Source: Acaryochloris marina S15 (GTDB taxonomy: Bacteria; Cyanobacteriota; Cyanobacteriia; Thermosynechococcales; Thermosynechococcaceae). Taken from it: DNA of 32,000 nucleotides. Below the pieces are notes generated by a model. It had not been told where the DNA came from and did not search any database. It saw nothing but the letters and a program-made list of their open reading frames with translations. This document shows positions 8,154-17,589 of this stretch, one piece after another. The position numbers were made by a program, and so were the translations under genes. The DNA lies in the NCBI RefSeq assembly GCF_018336915.1, contig NZ_CP064925.1, positions 1 through 32,000 on the forward strand, written 5' to 3'. The stretch's first letter is position 1. Each line of letters opens with the position of its first letter.

Positions 8154-10681
8154 TCCATCAAAGCGTCCATCAACTGAACGATTTTCTCGAATTGATAATT
8201 CTCAACCCAGTTGGTCAAAGCTATGGCTAAAGATTGATGCTCTGAAGGGATTTGCTCAATGAGTTGTAAAAGGAGGACATCGTTTCCTTGACTCGCTCTT
8301 TGACCGATGCCCTTTATCCAATCTGGTGGCATGATCCTTAAGCTCTCTGGATCAAGATTTCCATGATTATGGGGTTGGTCTTTATTCTGGGTATCGTGCT
8401 TTTGAAGAGAGTCTTCTGTTATATATTTCACTCCAAGATGGGCTGCGATTTTCTGTATCAGTTCATTTTGTTGAAAGGGTTTGCGTACAAAATCATCACA
8501 TCCTGCATCAAATATTTTTTGTTTGTTTTCTTCAAATACACTTGCTGTCAGGGCAATCACAACAGTCTCCTTCCCTTGAGAAGTCGCCTTAATGTGTTGT
8601 GTTGCCTGGTAGCCATCCATTTCAGGCATACGTATATCCATCCATATCAAATGGGGCTGCCACTCTTGCCAGATTTTTATCGCTTCTCGACCATTCTTGG
8701 CTTCTCGCACTGAGAAGCCCATCAAACATAGGAAATCAACGAGGGGAGCTCGATTCGTTTGCTCATCATCAGCAACAAGAAGGCGAAATTCAGGTTGATT
8801 GGGGGCCACACAAACAGGCTGAACCATCGCTTCACTGTCAGTGTCTGTCGGCATACCATTGGTAATCACTAAGGGAATATGAAAGACGAATGTAGAGCCT
8901 TGTCCTTTTTGGCTATTGACGGAGAGATCCCCTCCCATCAGTCGTACAAACTTCTTGCTAATACTGAGTCCTAAGCCCGTACCTTCTCTTGATTCCAAGC
9001 CAATATCACCCTGCTCAAATGCAAGAAAGAGTTTATCCAGGCTTTTAGAATCTATTCCAGGACCTGTATCACTGATAGCAAACGTCAAAGTCTGAGCGTC
9101 TACAGAAACATATAAGTCGATCTGCCCCTTTTGAGTAAATTTGATGGCATTACCCAGAATGTTAATCAACACTTGACGGAGCTTACCTTGATCCGCCTTG
9201 ATATATCGAGGGACAAGGGCTTGTCCATGAAAATAGAGTTGCAGCTGCTTGCTTGAGGCTTTGAGGCTAAACAGCTCTTCCAACTCGATGAGCAAGTTGT
9301 ATAGGTCAAAGCTGACAGGCGTGAGATGGAGTTGACCTGACTCAATTTTGGCCATTTCCAACACATCATTGATTAATGCTAGAAGGTGTTTCCCACTGCG
9401 GTTAATCGTATTAACGTACTTGGTATCCTGCACCCCTAGGTGTTGAGAGCGCTGCATCAGCTGGGCATAGCCTAAGATGGCATTAAGAGGGGTACGGAGT
9501 TCATGGCTCATATGGCTTAAGAAATCGCTTTTTGAGCTATTAGCCCTTTCTGCCTCCTCTTTCGCAGCTTTGAGTGCTTTAGTTTGTTTTTGCGAATGGG
9601 CTAATAGCTCAGCTTGCTGTACTGCTACCCCTAATTGGGTCCCCACCTGAGTCATGATTTGGGTCGCTGATGAGTCCCAATGGAAAGGAGCAGCATCTTG
9701 AGTCGCCATAAGTAATCCCCATAAATGCGTACCATCGACAATGGGAACCACGAGATAAGATCCGATGTTTAATCGCTTTAAGACTTTAAGGGTATAAGGA
9801 TCAAATCCAAACTCATTGACATCTGTGATCGTTCGACAACGCACTTCTTGACTGGGGTCTCCCAAGGCAAATTCGTAAAGATAGGTTTGACTCAGTATTT
9901 GTTTTAGGCCCTTTGGGGGAGAAATCTCTACAGTCTTAGCTCCCGGATGAGCAGCTTTAAGAGCCATGATGGAGGGGCTATTCTGGCTCACCGACTCAGC
10001 GACTAACGTCCCGCTCCAATCGGATTTAAACTGATATACCAAAGTCCGATCGCAAGCAATAACCTGCTTTAATTCTTGAGTCGTATCGACGAATATAGTC
10101 TGTATATCTAAGGTCTTTCGCATGCGCTGAATGATCCCAGAGAGGGCATGTTCTCGTTCAGCAGCTTTTTTCAATTCAGCCGTTCGTTCTTGGACAAGGG
10201 TCTCTAAACCATCATTGAGATTGCGGAGTTCAACTTCGGCTCTTTGGCGTTCCTGAATTTCTTTTTGTAAGGCTTGATTGACTGTTTCCAGTTGTTCTGG
10301 CGTTTTCAAGGATAAGAATTTGGGAAGTAACGTTGCCATTTCCGTAGCTGTATAGCAGGAGACTAGAGCAGTGATAGCTTGCTCAGTCCCAGACAGCCAG
10401 TAGGCAGGGTGCCATAAGGTCCAAATTTCCAGTAAATGGCCTGTACCACAGAGAACAATGAATGCTCCAAACAACAGAAAAATATTCTGAAAAGGGACAT
10501 CGCTCCTTTTGGAGACGAAGTAGAGCAACATCACAGGAATGGAAAAGTAAGCCACTGCAATTAGTAAATCACTGATTACATGTAGACCTACCAAAGGAGT
10601 TTGCCAAAGGTAACAATGACCGTGAGGCATGTATTGCTCTGGGGAAAACAGATTTTTTAAAGTATTCCAAAGACTATTCAT
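8150..10681 (-). CDS. Hybrid sensor histidine kinase with an ETR1-like ethylene-binding transmembrane domain, GAF, HisKA-HATPase, REC and a C-terminal helical tail
   Basis: The ORF track gives 8150..10693 from a TTG; the ATG at 10681 is the more likely start. The N-terminus ISDLLIAVAYFSIPVMLLYFVSKRSDVPFQNIFLLFGAFIVLCGTGHLLEIWTLW resembles ETR1 residues about 25-80, including the Cys/His pair. GAF block: DRTLVYQF...SYLVVPIV...LWGLLMA. H-box: SHMSHELRTPLNAI. G-box: GTGLGLSISKKFV. REC: LLVADDEQTN...IWMDIRMPEMDG...ALTAS...FVRKPF. Confidence 0.9.
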   Translation of the reverse strand: MNSLWNTLKNLFSPEQYMPHGHCYLWQTPLVGLHVISDLLIAVAYFSIPVMLLYFVSKRSDVPFQNIFLLFGAFIVLCGTGHLLEIWTLWHPAYWLSGTEQAITALVSCYTATEMATLLPKFLSLKTPEQLETVNQALQKEIQERQRAEVELRNLNDGLETLVQERTAELKKAAEREHALSGIIQRMRKTLDIQTIFVDTTQELKQVIACDRTLVYQFKSDWSGTLVAESVSQNSPSIMALKAAHPGAKTVEISPPKGLKQILSQTYLYEFALGDPSQEVRCRTITDVNEFGFDPYTLKVLKRLNIGSYLVVPIVDGTHLWGLLMATQDAAPFHWDSSATQIMTQVGTQLGVAVQQAELLAHSQKQTKALKAAKEEAERANSSKSDFLSHMSHELRTPLNAILGYAQLMQRSQHLGVQDTKYVNTINRSGKHLLALINDVLEMAKIESGQLHLTPVSFDLYNLLIELEELFSLKASSKQLQLYFHGQALVPRYIKADQGKLRQVLINILGNAIKFTQKGQIDLYVSVDAQTLTFAISDTGPGIDSKSLDKLFLAFEQGDIGLESREGTGLGLSISKKFVRLMGGDLSVNSQKGQGSTFVFHIPLVITNGMPTDTDSEAMVQPVCVAPNQPEFRLLVADDEQTNRAPLVDFLCLMGFSVREAKNGREAIKIWQEWQPHLIWMDIRMPEMDGYQATQHIKATSQGKETVVIALTASVFEENKQKIFDAGCDDFVRKPFQQNELIQKIAAHLGVKYITEDSLQKHDTQNKDQPHNHGNLDPESLRIMPPDWIKGIGQRASQGNDVLLLQLIEQIPSEHQSLAIALTNWVENYQFEKIVQLMDALME

Positions 10682-10956
10682 ATATCCTGGCAAGTGATTG
10701 ACATAAAAAAATAGTCACTAACACCGACTTGTCTTCTGATATTTCTTTCTCAAACTGATTGTTCTGAATTGGAGATGAATAGCCGCTTTACATCAGTTAA
10801 AGCTTGCCCCAAAAAAGATATGAATATGCATTAATCCTAGATATTCAGTTGATTTAGATAGATGCTTGGAGATCATTCCTAAAGACTGGGAATGCTGAGA
10901 TCTAAATGGGTTGAGCATCCGGCCACTTTGGATATCAGTAGGGGGAAGTTTCATTA

Positions 10957-11319
10957 ATGGCAGATCAACTAACTGCAACAACGGTGCAGCAAACACAAGC
11001 CTGGCAACAAGCCATTCTGGACAGTGCAGACTTCACGATGATTGCAACAGACCCTCAAGGGATTATCCAAACCATTAATGCTGGGGCACTGCGCAAATTA
11101 GGCTATCAGCCTGAAGAAGTGATTGGTAAAGTTACACCCGCCATTATTCATGATCCACTAGAAGTTCAGGAAAGAGCACAACAACTCTCATGCGAATTGG
11201 GCTATTCTATTGAACCTGGCTTTGAAGCCTTCGTTGCTAAGGCTCGATTGGGAATACCTGATGAAAATATTTGGACTTATATTCGTAAAGATCAGAGTCA
11301 TTTTCGGCTACCAGCATAA
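10957..11319 (+). pseudogene. N-terminal PAS-domain fragment of a sensor protein, truncated next to an IS
   Basis: 120 aa. The PAS core is ILDSADFTMIATDPQGIIQTINAGALRKLGYQPEEVIGK...IHDP...WTYIRKD. It stops before the last PAS beta-strands would be complete. No output domain follows and a transposase gene starts 120 bp downstream. Confidence 0.65.
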
Positions 11320-11441
11320 AGCGGGAAAAGATTTGAGTATTTTCAGATAGGATCGCACTCTTTTGTAGATGAAATAGGCAAGATATCTGCGGTTAGTCAC
11401 AAAGAGCTGTATCGTACCTTTGCAAGTCAACAGAGGAAACG

Positions 11442-13046
11442 ATGAGCCTGACAATACGAGAGCGCTGCCAAGCCGTCACTGATTGTCTGTTCGAACAGGG
11501 AGTAAAAGGGATTGCGAAAATTGCTGCTGCGACAGGTCTATCAAAAAGCAGTGTTCATCGTCATCAACAGGCTATCGCTCGGCGTAACCAATATCCAGAG
11601 TCACTATGGTGGGAAAGTCAGACAGGGAGTCAATGGCTCAGAGTGATGGTCTTAGGAGTGGTGTACTATTTCGGCGTCAAACATGGGGTAGGAGCTGAGA
11701 GTCTATCAGAATTTTTTACAGCGATTCACATAGATGCTCATGTGGGCGTTTCAGCCAGCTCCCTTCGGCTGTTGAAACGGAAGATGCGGGATGCGATTAT
11801 CGCCTATGAAGTCGCCCAGCAAGAGCATTGCCAACCCAAAGACGGTCAGGGCATCTGTGTCGGTGGGGACGAAACCTTTTTTGGTTTACCTATCTTGGTG
11901 ATGTTGGAATTGGCTAGTGGCTTTATCTTCACAGAGGTGGAACGTCCCAACCGTACTTATGCCACCTGGCAAGCCCAGATTCAGCAGTGGTGGACCCGCT
12001 GTGGATGGCATTGTCATTTTATGGTGAGTGATGGTGCTCCAGCCCTGATTAAATTAGCTGTATCAGGCTTAGGCTGTGTCAGTGTTTCTGATTTATTCCA
12101 TGCCCTGAGTGCCTTAGCCCAACCTATCGGCAGTGATATGGGTCGTCAAATGAGTCAGTTGAACAAAAAAGCGACTGTACTTCAACAGCAACTTCTCAAC
12201 GTTCGTAGTGAGGCTAAACAGCAACAACTCCAACAATCAAAGGCGGAGATTTCTGCTCAGCAGCAGTCTTTAGAGCAGGACAAGATGGCCTATCATCAGG
12301 TTCTTCATCGCCTTACCCAAGTCATTCATCCGTTTAATATCAAGACTTTGGAATGGCAGCTGTTTGATGATCTATCGGCTGGGTTGAATGCTCCCCTCGC
12401 CCAGATGTCTACCCTAGCCAAAACCTATGGTGCTCAGAAGGGGAGCAAAGCCATTGACTCATTCCAACAACAAATTCCTTCAATGGCTCAGGGGATTCAT
12501 GCTTGGTGGCAATGGGTGACTCAAGCGCTAAAGGTAGCCACAGATGATCTCGATCTACAAAACTGGGTACTCATGTACCTATTACCCTGGGCTTATTGGC
12601 AACAGCAAACGGACAAAACTCGGCATCCTCTACTCAAGGCAGATTATCGAAAGGCGACGGAACAAGCTTATGCCCGGTTACTCAAGCACCCCATGACTCA
12701 ACAAATGAACTCTCAAGAAAGCCAGGAGTGGGTAGACTGGGCGCAATGGATGAGTACGAAGTATCAACGCACTTCCTCCGCAGTTGAAGGACGTAATGGT
12801 TATCTATCCCGATTGCATCATGCAGCCCGAGGGTTTTCGGAAGAATCCTTGAAAGTGCTCACCATCATCCATAATTTTGACCTCAAAAGAGCAGATGGCA
12901 CTACCGCAGCACAACGGCTTTTTGGACATCCTTTTCCTGATGTGTTTGAGTCGGTTGTTAACTCTATGGGGGAATTGCCAGTGGCACGTCAGTCCTCAAT
13001 GAAAAAACGGCCTAACCCTTTAACCCAAGCTATTTTCCCGGCTTAA
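11442..13046 (+). CDS. Putative DDE-type transposase (N-terminal HTH; family not assigned)
   Basis: 534-aa ORF. HTH-like: GIAKIAAATGLSKSSVHRH. Candidate catalytic blocks: GGDETFF, MVSDGAPALIKLA, SSAVEGRNGYLSRL (an ISL3/mutator-like C-terminal pattern). It sits at the break point of the PAS gene. Confidence 0.6.
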   Translation: MSLTIRERCQAVTDCLFEQGVKGIAKIAAATGLSKSSVHRHQQAIARRNQYPESLWWESQTGSQWLRVMVLGVVYYFGVKHGVGAESLSEFFTAIHIDAHVGVSASSLRLLKRKMRDAIIAYEVAQQEHCQPKDGQGICVGGDETFFGLPILVMLELASGFIFTEVERPNRTYATWQAQIQQWWTRCGWHCHFMVSDGAPALIKLAVSGLGCVSVSDLFHALSALAQPIGSDMGRQMSQLNKKATVLQQQLLNVRSEAKQQQLQQSKAEISAQQQSLEQDKMAYHQVLHRLTQVIHPFNIKTLEWQLFDDLSAGLNAPLAQMSTLAKTYGAQKGSKAIDSFQQQIPSMAQGIHAWWQWVTQALKVATDDLDLQNWVLMYLLPWAYWQQQTDKTRHPLLKADYRKATEQAYARLLKHPMTQQMNSQESQEWVDWAQWMSTKYQRTSSAVEGRNGYLSRLHHAARGFSEESLKVLTIIHNFDLKRADGTTAAQRLFGHPFPDVFESVVNSMGELPVARQSSMKKRPNPLTQAIFPA

Positions 13047-13135
13047 ATTGATACCCTGATCGGTTTAACGTTTACTTTTAAGTCTAAGCGCCGATCTCTA
13101 AATTTTTGTTTTTTACTAGTGTTGGATTTTACTTT

Positions 13136-13408
13136 ATGTCGATTTACGTTGGTAACCTCTCCTATGACGTTACAGAGCAAGACCTCAATACCGCTTTTGC
13201 AGAATATGGGACCGTAAAAAGTGCCCAGCTTCCTACTGACCGTGAAACAGGTAAGATTCGAGGATTTGGTTTTGTTGAGATGGGTGATGAAGCTGAGGAA
13301 GCCAAAGCTATTGAAGAACTAGACGGTGCTGAGTGGATGGGGCGTACTCTGAAAGTGAACAAGGCAAAGTCTCGTGAAAATAGAGGTGGTGGTGGAAACC
13401 GCTACTAG
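13136..13408 (+). CDS. RRM-type RNA-binding protein (cyanobacterial Rbp class with a glycine-rich tail)
   Basis: RNP2 is IYVGNL and RNP1 is RGFGFVEM; the C-terminus is RENRGGGGNRY. The ATG at 13136 is preferred over the TTG at 13106 because it matches the start of the 90-aa paralog at 27712. Confidence 0.92.
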   Translation: MSIYVGNLSYDVTEQDLNTAFAEYGTVKSAQLPTDRETGKIRGFGFVEMGDEAEEAKAIEELDGAEWMGRTLKVNKAKSRENRGGGGNRY

Positions 13409-13626
13409 AGCTGATTTTCATTAATGGAACCAGTTAGGTGGTGAGGGCTGGCTATCTCAGCCCCCTTGATGGAATACTGCAGAATAAAGGCTACAAGATT
13501 TATGTATTTAGTAAATACATGTTGTCTGAAGCACTTATCTCTAGGGGACTCCAAAGAGAGGCTGAGATTATCTCAGCCCACTACCCATTTTTCTAGGTAT
13601 TCTCAAATCTTGAATTCTAAAATGGC

Positions 13627-13941
13627 TCACTTGTGAAAGTTATTAGCCTGAGAAAGACGATCAGTCCTGTGCTCACTACCTAATGATGAGACTCTATATT
13701 TTTTCTGAGGTCTCGCTTGATCGACCTTCAGATCTCGACCCATCCATTCCGCACCATCAAGAGCTTCAATAGCAGCTTTTTCTTCAGTATCAGACTCCAT
13801 ATCAATAAAAGCAAAGCCGCGTATATGGCCTTTTTCATCAGTTGGAAGCTTAACTTTTTTTATTGTCCCATATGATGAAAATACTGTTTTTAGAGCAATC
13901 TCTGTAACGTCATCGGCAAGATTACTAATACGAATTGACAT
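13627..13941 (-). CDS. Divergent RRM-type RNA-binding protein without a glycine-rich tail
   Basis: RNP2-like IRISNL, RNP1-like RGFAFIDM, and the conserved LDGAEWMGRDLKV block shared with the other two Rbp genes. Confidence 0.85.
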   Translation of the reverse strand: MSIRISNLADDVTEIALKTVFSSYGTIKKVKLPTDEKGHIRGFAFIDMESDTEEKAAIEALDGAEWMGRDLKVDQARPQKKYRVSSLGSEHRTDRLSQANNFHK

Positions 13942-14166
13942 ACATTTCCTTTAATCTTCATTGAGTATTGAAAGTGGGATTTTGAATTTAAATCTGTTTA
14001 CTAAAAGCGGATTAGTATTTTTGGCATATAGCTTAATCAATACAACGCACCTAAATTAAACACCCTGTAACTTCTAATATTGAGATATTAACTAATTGAT
14101 AGGTAGTGATACTCTAACGCCTCCACCTACCCATATCAGGTTTTGGTAGAAGCTTCCTTCTATTCC

Positions 14167-16635
14167 TCAATCACTCTTCTCTGTTTGTTTAATGAGAACT
14201 TTCGTTTGCCCCACCTCATCGATATTTATAACGATCTCATCTCCTGCCTTAACACGACTGGTCAGAATTTCCTCAGCAAGACAATCTTCCAAAAGATGTG
14301 TGATCGCTCGACGTAGCGGACGCGCTCCCATCTCAGAATCATAGCCTACATCTACTAGCCGCTCCTTAAACAAATCAGTGACCTCCAAAGTGATCTCTTG
14401 CTCTGCTAATCGAATACACACTTCCTGCAGTAGAATGTCAGCAATTTGCTTAACCTCAGTTTTGTTGAGCTGCTGGAAAACAATAATTTCATCAAGACGA
14501 TTTAGAAACTCAGGACGGAAAAACTGTTTGAGTTCTTCATTAACAATTGAGACCATGCGGCTATATTGGGCAGCGCCTTGATCTGCAGAAAACTCAAAGC
14601 CCAATCCACTTCCTCCTTTTTGAACCACCTTTGAGCCAATGTTAGAGGTCATGATCAATAGAGTATTTTTGAAATCTATAGTACGGCCTTTGGCATCAGT
14701 CAGGCGGCCATCTTCCAGGACCTGTAGCAGTAGGTTGAATATATCTGGATGGGCTTTTTCAATTTCGTCAAATAGCAATACTGTATATGGTTTTCGCCGA
14801 ACTGCTTCCGTGAGTTGTCCCCCTTCGTTGAACCCGACATAGCCAGGAGGGGAACCGATCAGCTTAGAAACCGTGTGGCCCTCCATGTACTCAGACATAT
14901 CCAGCCGAATCATGGCAGCTTCAGATCCAAAATAAGAAGATGCCAGAACCTTTGCCAATTCAGTCTTCCCAACTCCTGTTGGACCTGAAAAGATAAAGCT
15001 GGCAATGGGACGGTTGGGATCTTTAAGCCCCGTGCGGACTCGGCGAATGGCACGGGAAATAGCTTTAACAGCTTCCTCCTGGCCAATGATACGTTGATGC
15101 AGGATGTCTTCTATTTGCAATAGATTTTCAGACTCAGATTCCGTCAATTTATGAAGTGGAACGCCTGTCCAAGAAGCAACAATATGGGCAATATCTTCTT
15201 CTTTAACAATTGGGGAAAGGGTATCAGTAGACATGGAGAACCCAGGTTGGCCAGCACTCTGAATCTTTTTCTGAATCTCAACTTCGCGAATGCGTAGTTC
15301 TCCAGCAAGAGAGTAATCTTGTTTTTGAGTAGCAGTCCCTTTGTCCTTGAGAATCTGCCGCAATTCTTGATTGAGTTCTTTATCCGCAGGGGAGCTTTTG
15401 GAGTGGCTGATGCGGACCCGTGAGCCTGCCTCATCAATCAAATCGATCGCTTTGTCCGGCAAGAAGCGATCGCAGATATAGCGATCTGAAAGTTTAGCTG
15501 CTGCTTCTAAAGCCAGATCAGAAATTTCAAGCTGATGATGTTGCTCGTAACAACTTCGCAAACCTTGCAATATTTGAATGGTCTCTTCAACGCTGGATTC
15601 GTCTACCATCACAGGCTGAAACCGTCGCTCTAGAGCAGGATCTCGCTCAATGTTCTGACGATAGTCATCGAGGGTGGTTGCACCGATACACTGAAGTTCG
15701 CCTCGGGCCAAAGATGGTTTGAGGATGTTTGCCGCATCTAGTCCACCTTCTCCTGCCCCAGCGCCAACTAAGGTATGAATCTCGTCAATTACTAGGATGA
15801 CATCGCCATTGCTGCGAACTTCCTCCACAATTGCCTTGAGTCGTTCCTCAAATTCACCCCGATACTTTGTACCCGCTAATAAGGAGCCAACATTGAGCGT
15901 AAGAATTCGTTTCCCCTCTAAGGTCTCAGGAACATCGTGATTGATAATACGTTGCGCCAGTCCCTCGGCTAGGGCTGTTTTTCCCACTCCGGGTTCGCCA
16001 ATTAAGATGGGATTGTTCTTCCTACGACGGCTAAGGATTTGGATCATTCGCTGCACTTCCTTTTGGCGACCCACGACTGGATCAAGATTGCCCTCTATTG
16101 CAAGCTGAGTTAAGTCGGTGCCTACATCATCGAGGGTGGGCGTCTTTTTCAAGTTTTGGTTATCCAGCTTGCTTGGACGACGACTAGAGGGGAGTGCTAT
16201 TGGCTTAGAGAGCATCTGCATCACTTGAGTTCGAATATCGATGAAGTCAATCTCAAGGTTCACAAGAATTTGTACAGCAATACTTTGCTCATCCTTGGTA
16301 AGCCCTAACAACAAGTGCTCAGTACTCACGTAGTTATGCCCTAACTGTTGAGATTCTTCCAGGGCTAGTTCCAGCACCCTTTTGCTTCGAGGGGTAAAGG
16401 GGATATCAGCTTTTGCAGCGCTTGTTCCACTTATCCCAAATTTTTCAACTTCAACTCGTACTTCTTCGAGGTTGGCTCCTAAAGAATTTAGGACTTTCGC
16501 CGCAATTCCAGTTCCCTCGGCAATAATACCCAATAAAATTAGCTCTGTTCCAACACATGCTTGCTTGAGGCGACGGGCTTCTTCCTGGGCAAGTGTAATT
16601 GCCTTAATGGCTTTTTCAGTAAAACACTCAAACAT
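14167..16635 (-). CDS. clpC: ATP-dependent Clp protease ATP-binding subunit, ClpC-type (divergent paralog)
   Basis: 822 aa. Two Clp_N repeats at the N-terminus. D1 has Walker [10 protein letters not shown] and Walker B LVIDEIH. A UVR-like middle motif reads [16 protein letters not shown]2 has Walker [10 protein letters not shown] and Walker [11 protein letters not shown] ClpP-docking LGF loop is present (GGSGLGFEF). Confidence 0.93.
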   Translation of the reverse strand: MFECFTEKAIKAITLAQEEARRLKQACVGTELILLGIIAEGTGIAAKVLNSLGANLEEVRVEVEKFGISGTSAAKADIPFTPRSKRVLELALEESQQLGHNYVSTEHLLLGLTKDEQSIAVQILVNLEIDFIDIRTQVMQMLSKPIALPSSRRPSKLDNQNLKKTPTLDDVGTDLTQLAIEGNLDPVVGRQKEVQRMIQILSRRRKNNPILIGEPGVGKTALAEGLAQRIINHDVPETLEGKRILTLNVGSLLAGTKYRGEFEERLKAIVEEVRSNGDVILVIDEIHTLVGAGAGEGGLDAANILKPSLARGELQCIGATTLDDYRQNIERDPALERRFQPVMVDESSVEETIQILQGLRSCYEQHHQLEISDLALEAAAKLSDRYICDRFLPDKAIDLIDEAGSRVRISHSKSSPADKELNQELRQILKDKGTATQKQDYSLAGELRIREVEIQKKIQSAGQPGFSMSTDTLSPIVKEEDIAHIVASWTGVPLHKLTESESENLLQIEDILHQRIIGQEEAVKAISRAIRRVRTGLKDPNRPIASFIFSGPTGVGKTELAKVLASSYFGSEAAMIRLDMSEYMEGHTVSKLIGSPPGYVGFNEGGQLTEAVRRKPYTVLLFDEIEKAHPDIFNLLLQVLEDGRLTDAKGRTIDFKNTLLIMTSNIGSKVVQKGGSGLGFEFSADQGAAQYSRMVSIVNEELKQFFRPEFLNRLDEIIVFQQLNKTEVKQIADILLQEVCIRLAEQEITLEVTDLFKERLVDVGYDSEMGARPLRRAITHLLEDCLAEEILTSRVKAGDEIVINIDEVGQTKVLIKQTEKSD

Positions 16636-16848
16636 GATAAGTATCCTTACGGTGGGAAATAATGTCTAGCCATTCGGGGGTAATAGACCTCTTGCATAAT
16701 TGATTTTGCAATATGGTAGAGACCTCAACATATAGGCAAAATTGGCTCATAAATTGAGTCAGTAGCATATCGTGAACTGAATATTGCAAGAGGTCTAATC
16801 TCCAAAAAAAGCTTCAGGTCAAGATCACTCAAGAAGGATAGAGTGCCT

Positions 16849-17019
16849 TTAAGGGTTCTCATTATTAGCAGCCAGGCATGCATAGATTTCGTTCAAGTTG
16901 TTCTGAGTTTCCTCAATTGGTCCATCGAATAACCCCATGAGATTAAGGACTTCAGCAGCATTATTCTTATTCAGGGCTCCTGATTTGACGAGATTCTTAG
17001 CTATTCGCACCTTATTCAT
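16849..17019 (-). CDS. Small hypothetical protein (56 aa)
   Basis: An ATG at 17019 (MNKVRIAKNLVKSG...) is preceded by GGAG 10 nt upstream. No family was recognised. The ORF-track version starts earlier, at 17061. Confidence 0.35.
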   Translation of the reverse strand: MNKVRIAKNLVKSGALNKNNAAEVLNLMGLFDGPIEETQNNLNEIYACLAANNENP

Positions 17020-17218
17020 ATTGAAAGTTCTCCACAGATAGATTGGATCAACCGTTAACAATTAATGCTTGGGAAAAGACTAGAAATAACAGAATTAGTG
17101 TAGATCCAAAGATAAAACCACACGAATCCCTGCGAATGCTATCAGAGATCGTCTTCATAGTTTCTCTTTCTTGAAAAAGCTTGGAGATGTATCTCTAATA
17201 AAGTTTTCGAAAAACTTA

Positions 17219-17321
17219 TATAGCGATCTGACGTGAGTTGTGAGAATTATATTCAACCTAAATGGATACTGGTAAAGATTTCAGCCTCTCTACATCTCAC
17301 GATTGATTTCAGATTGCTATA
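17219..17321 (+). repeat. About 103-bp hairpin-forming repeat, copy 1 (family B)
   Basis: About 75-80% identical by eye to 17590..17693 in direct orientation. The termini are TATAGCGATCTGA...TCAGATTGCTATA, with an inner GTGAGA/TCTCAC pairing. Confidence 0.6.
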
Positions 17322-17427
17322 ACAATAAAGCTCTGAATTTGATCGATCTATCCCTCTTTTATCACTTTGACGGGAGAGTACCAGTAAGCTTGAGATCTCG
17401 TTAGTCAATAGTCTGATGTTTGGATTC

Positions 17428-17531
17428 ATACCAAGTTGTACCTGAAAGTGTAACTCTCAAATTCGTGAAACCCAATACTGAATTGGCTTAGCAAATAATC
17501 AAAATTACACTCTTAGGTGCTGATTGGTATC
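17428..17531 (-). repeat. About 104-bp MITE-like repeat, copy 2 (family A)
   Basis: Its reverse complement aligns with 3118..3221 along the full length at about 90% identity. Confidence 0.7.
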
Positions 17532-17589
17532 ACTCCAAACGCAATTTCGTCGTTTCAAATTCCATCTATCTAAAGTGACAAAAGAGGGT

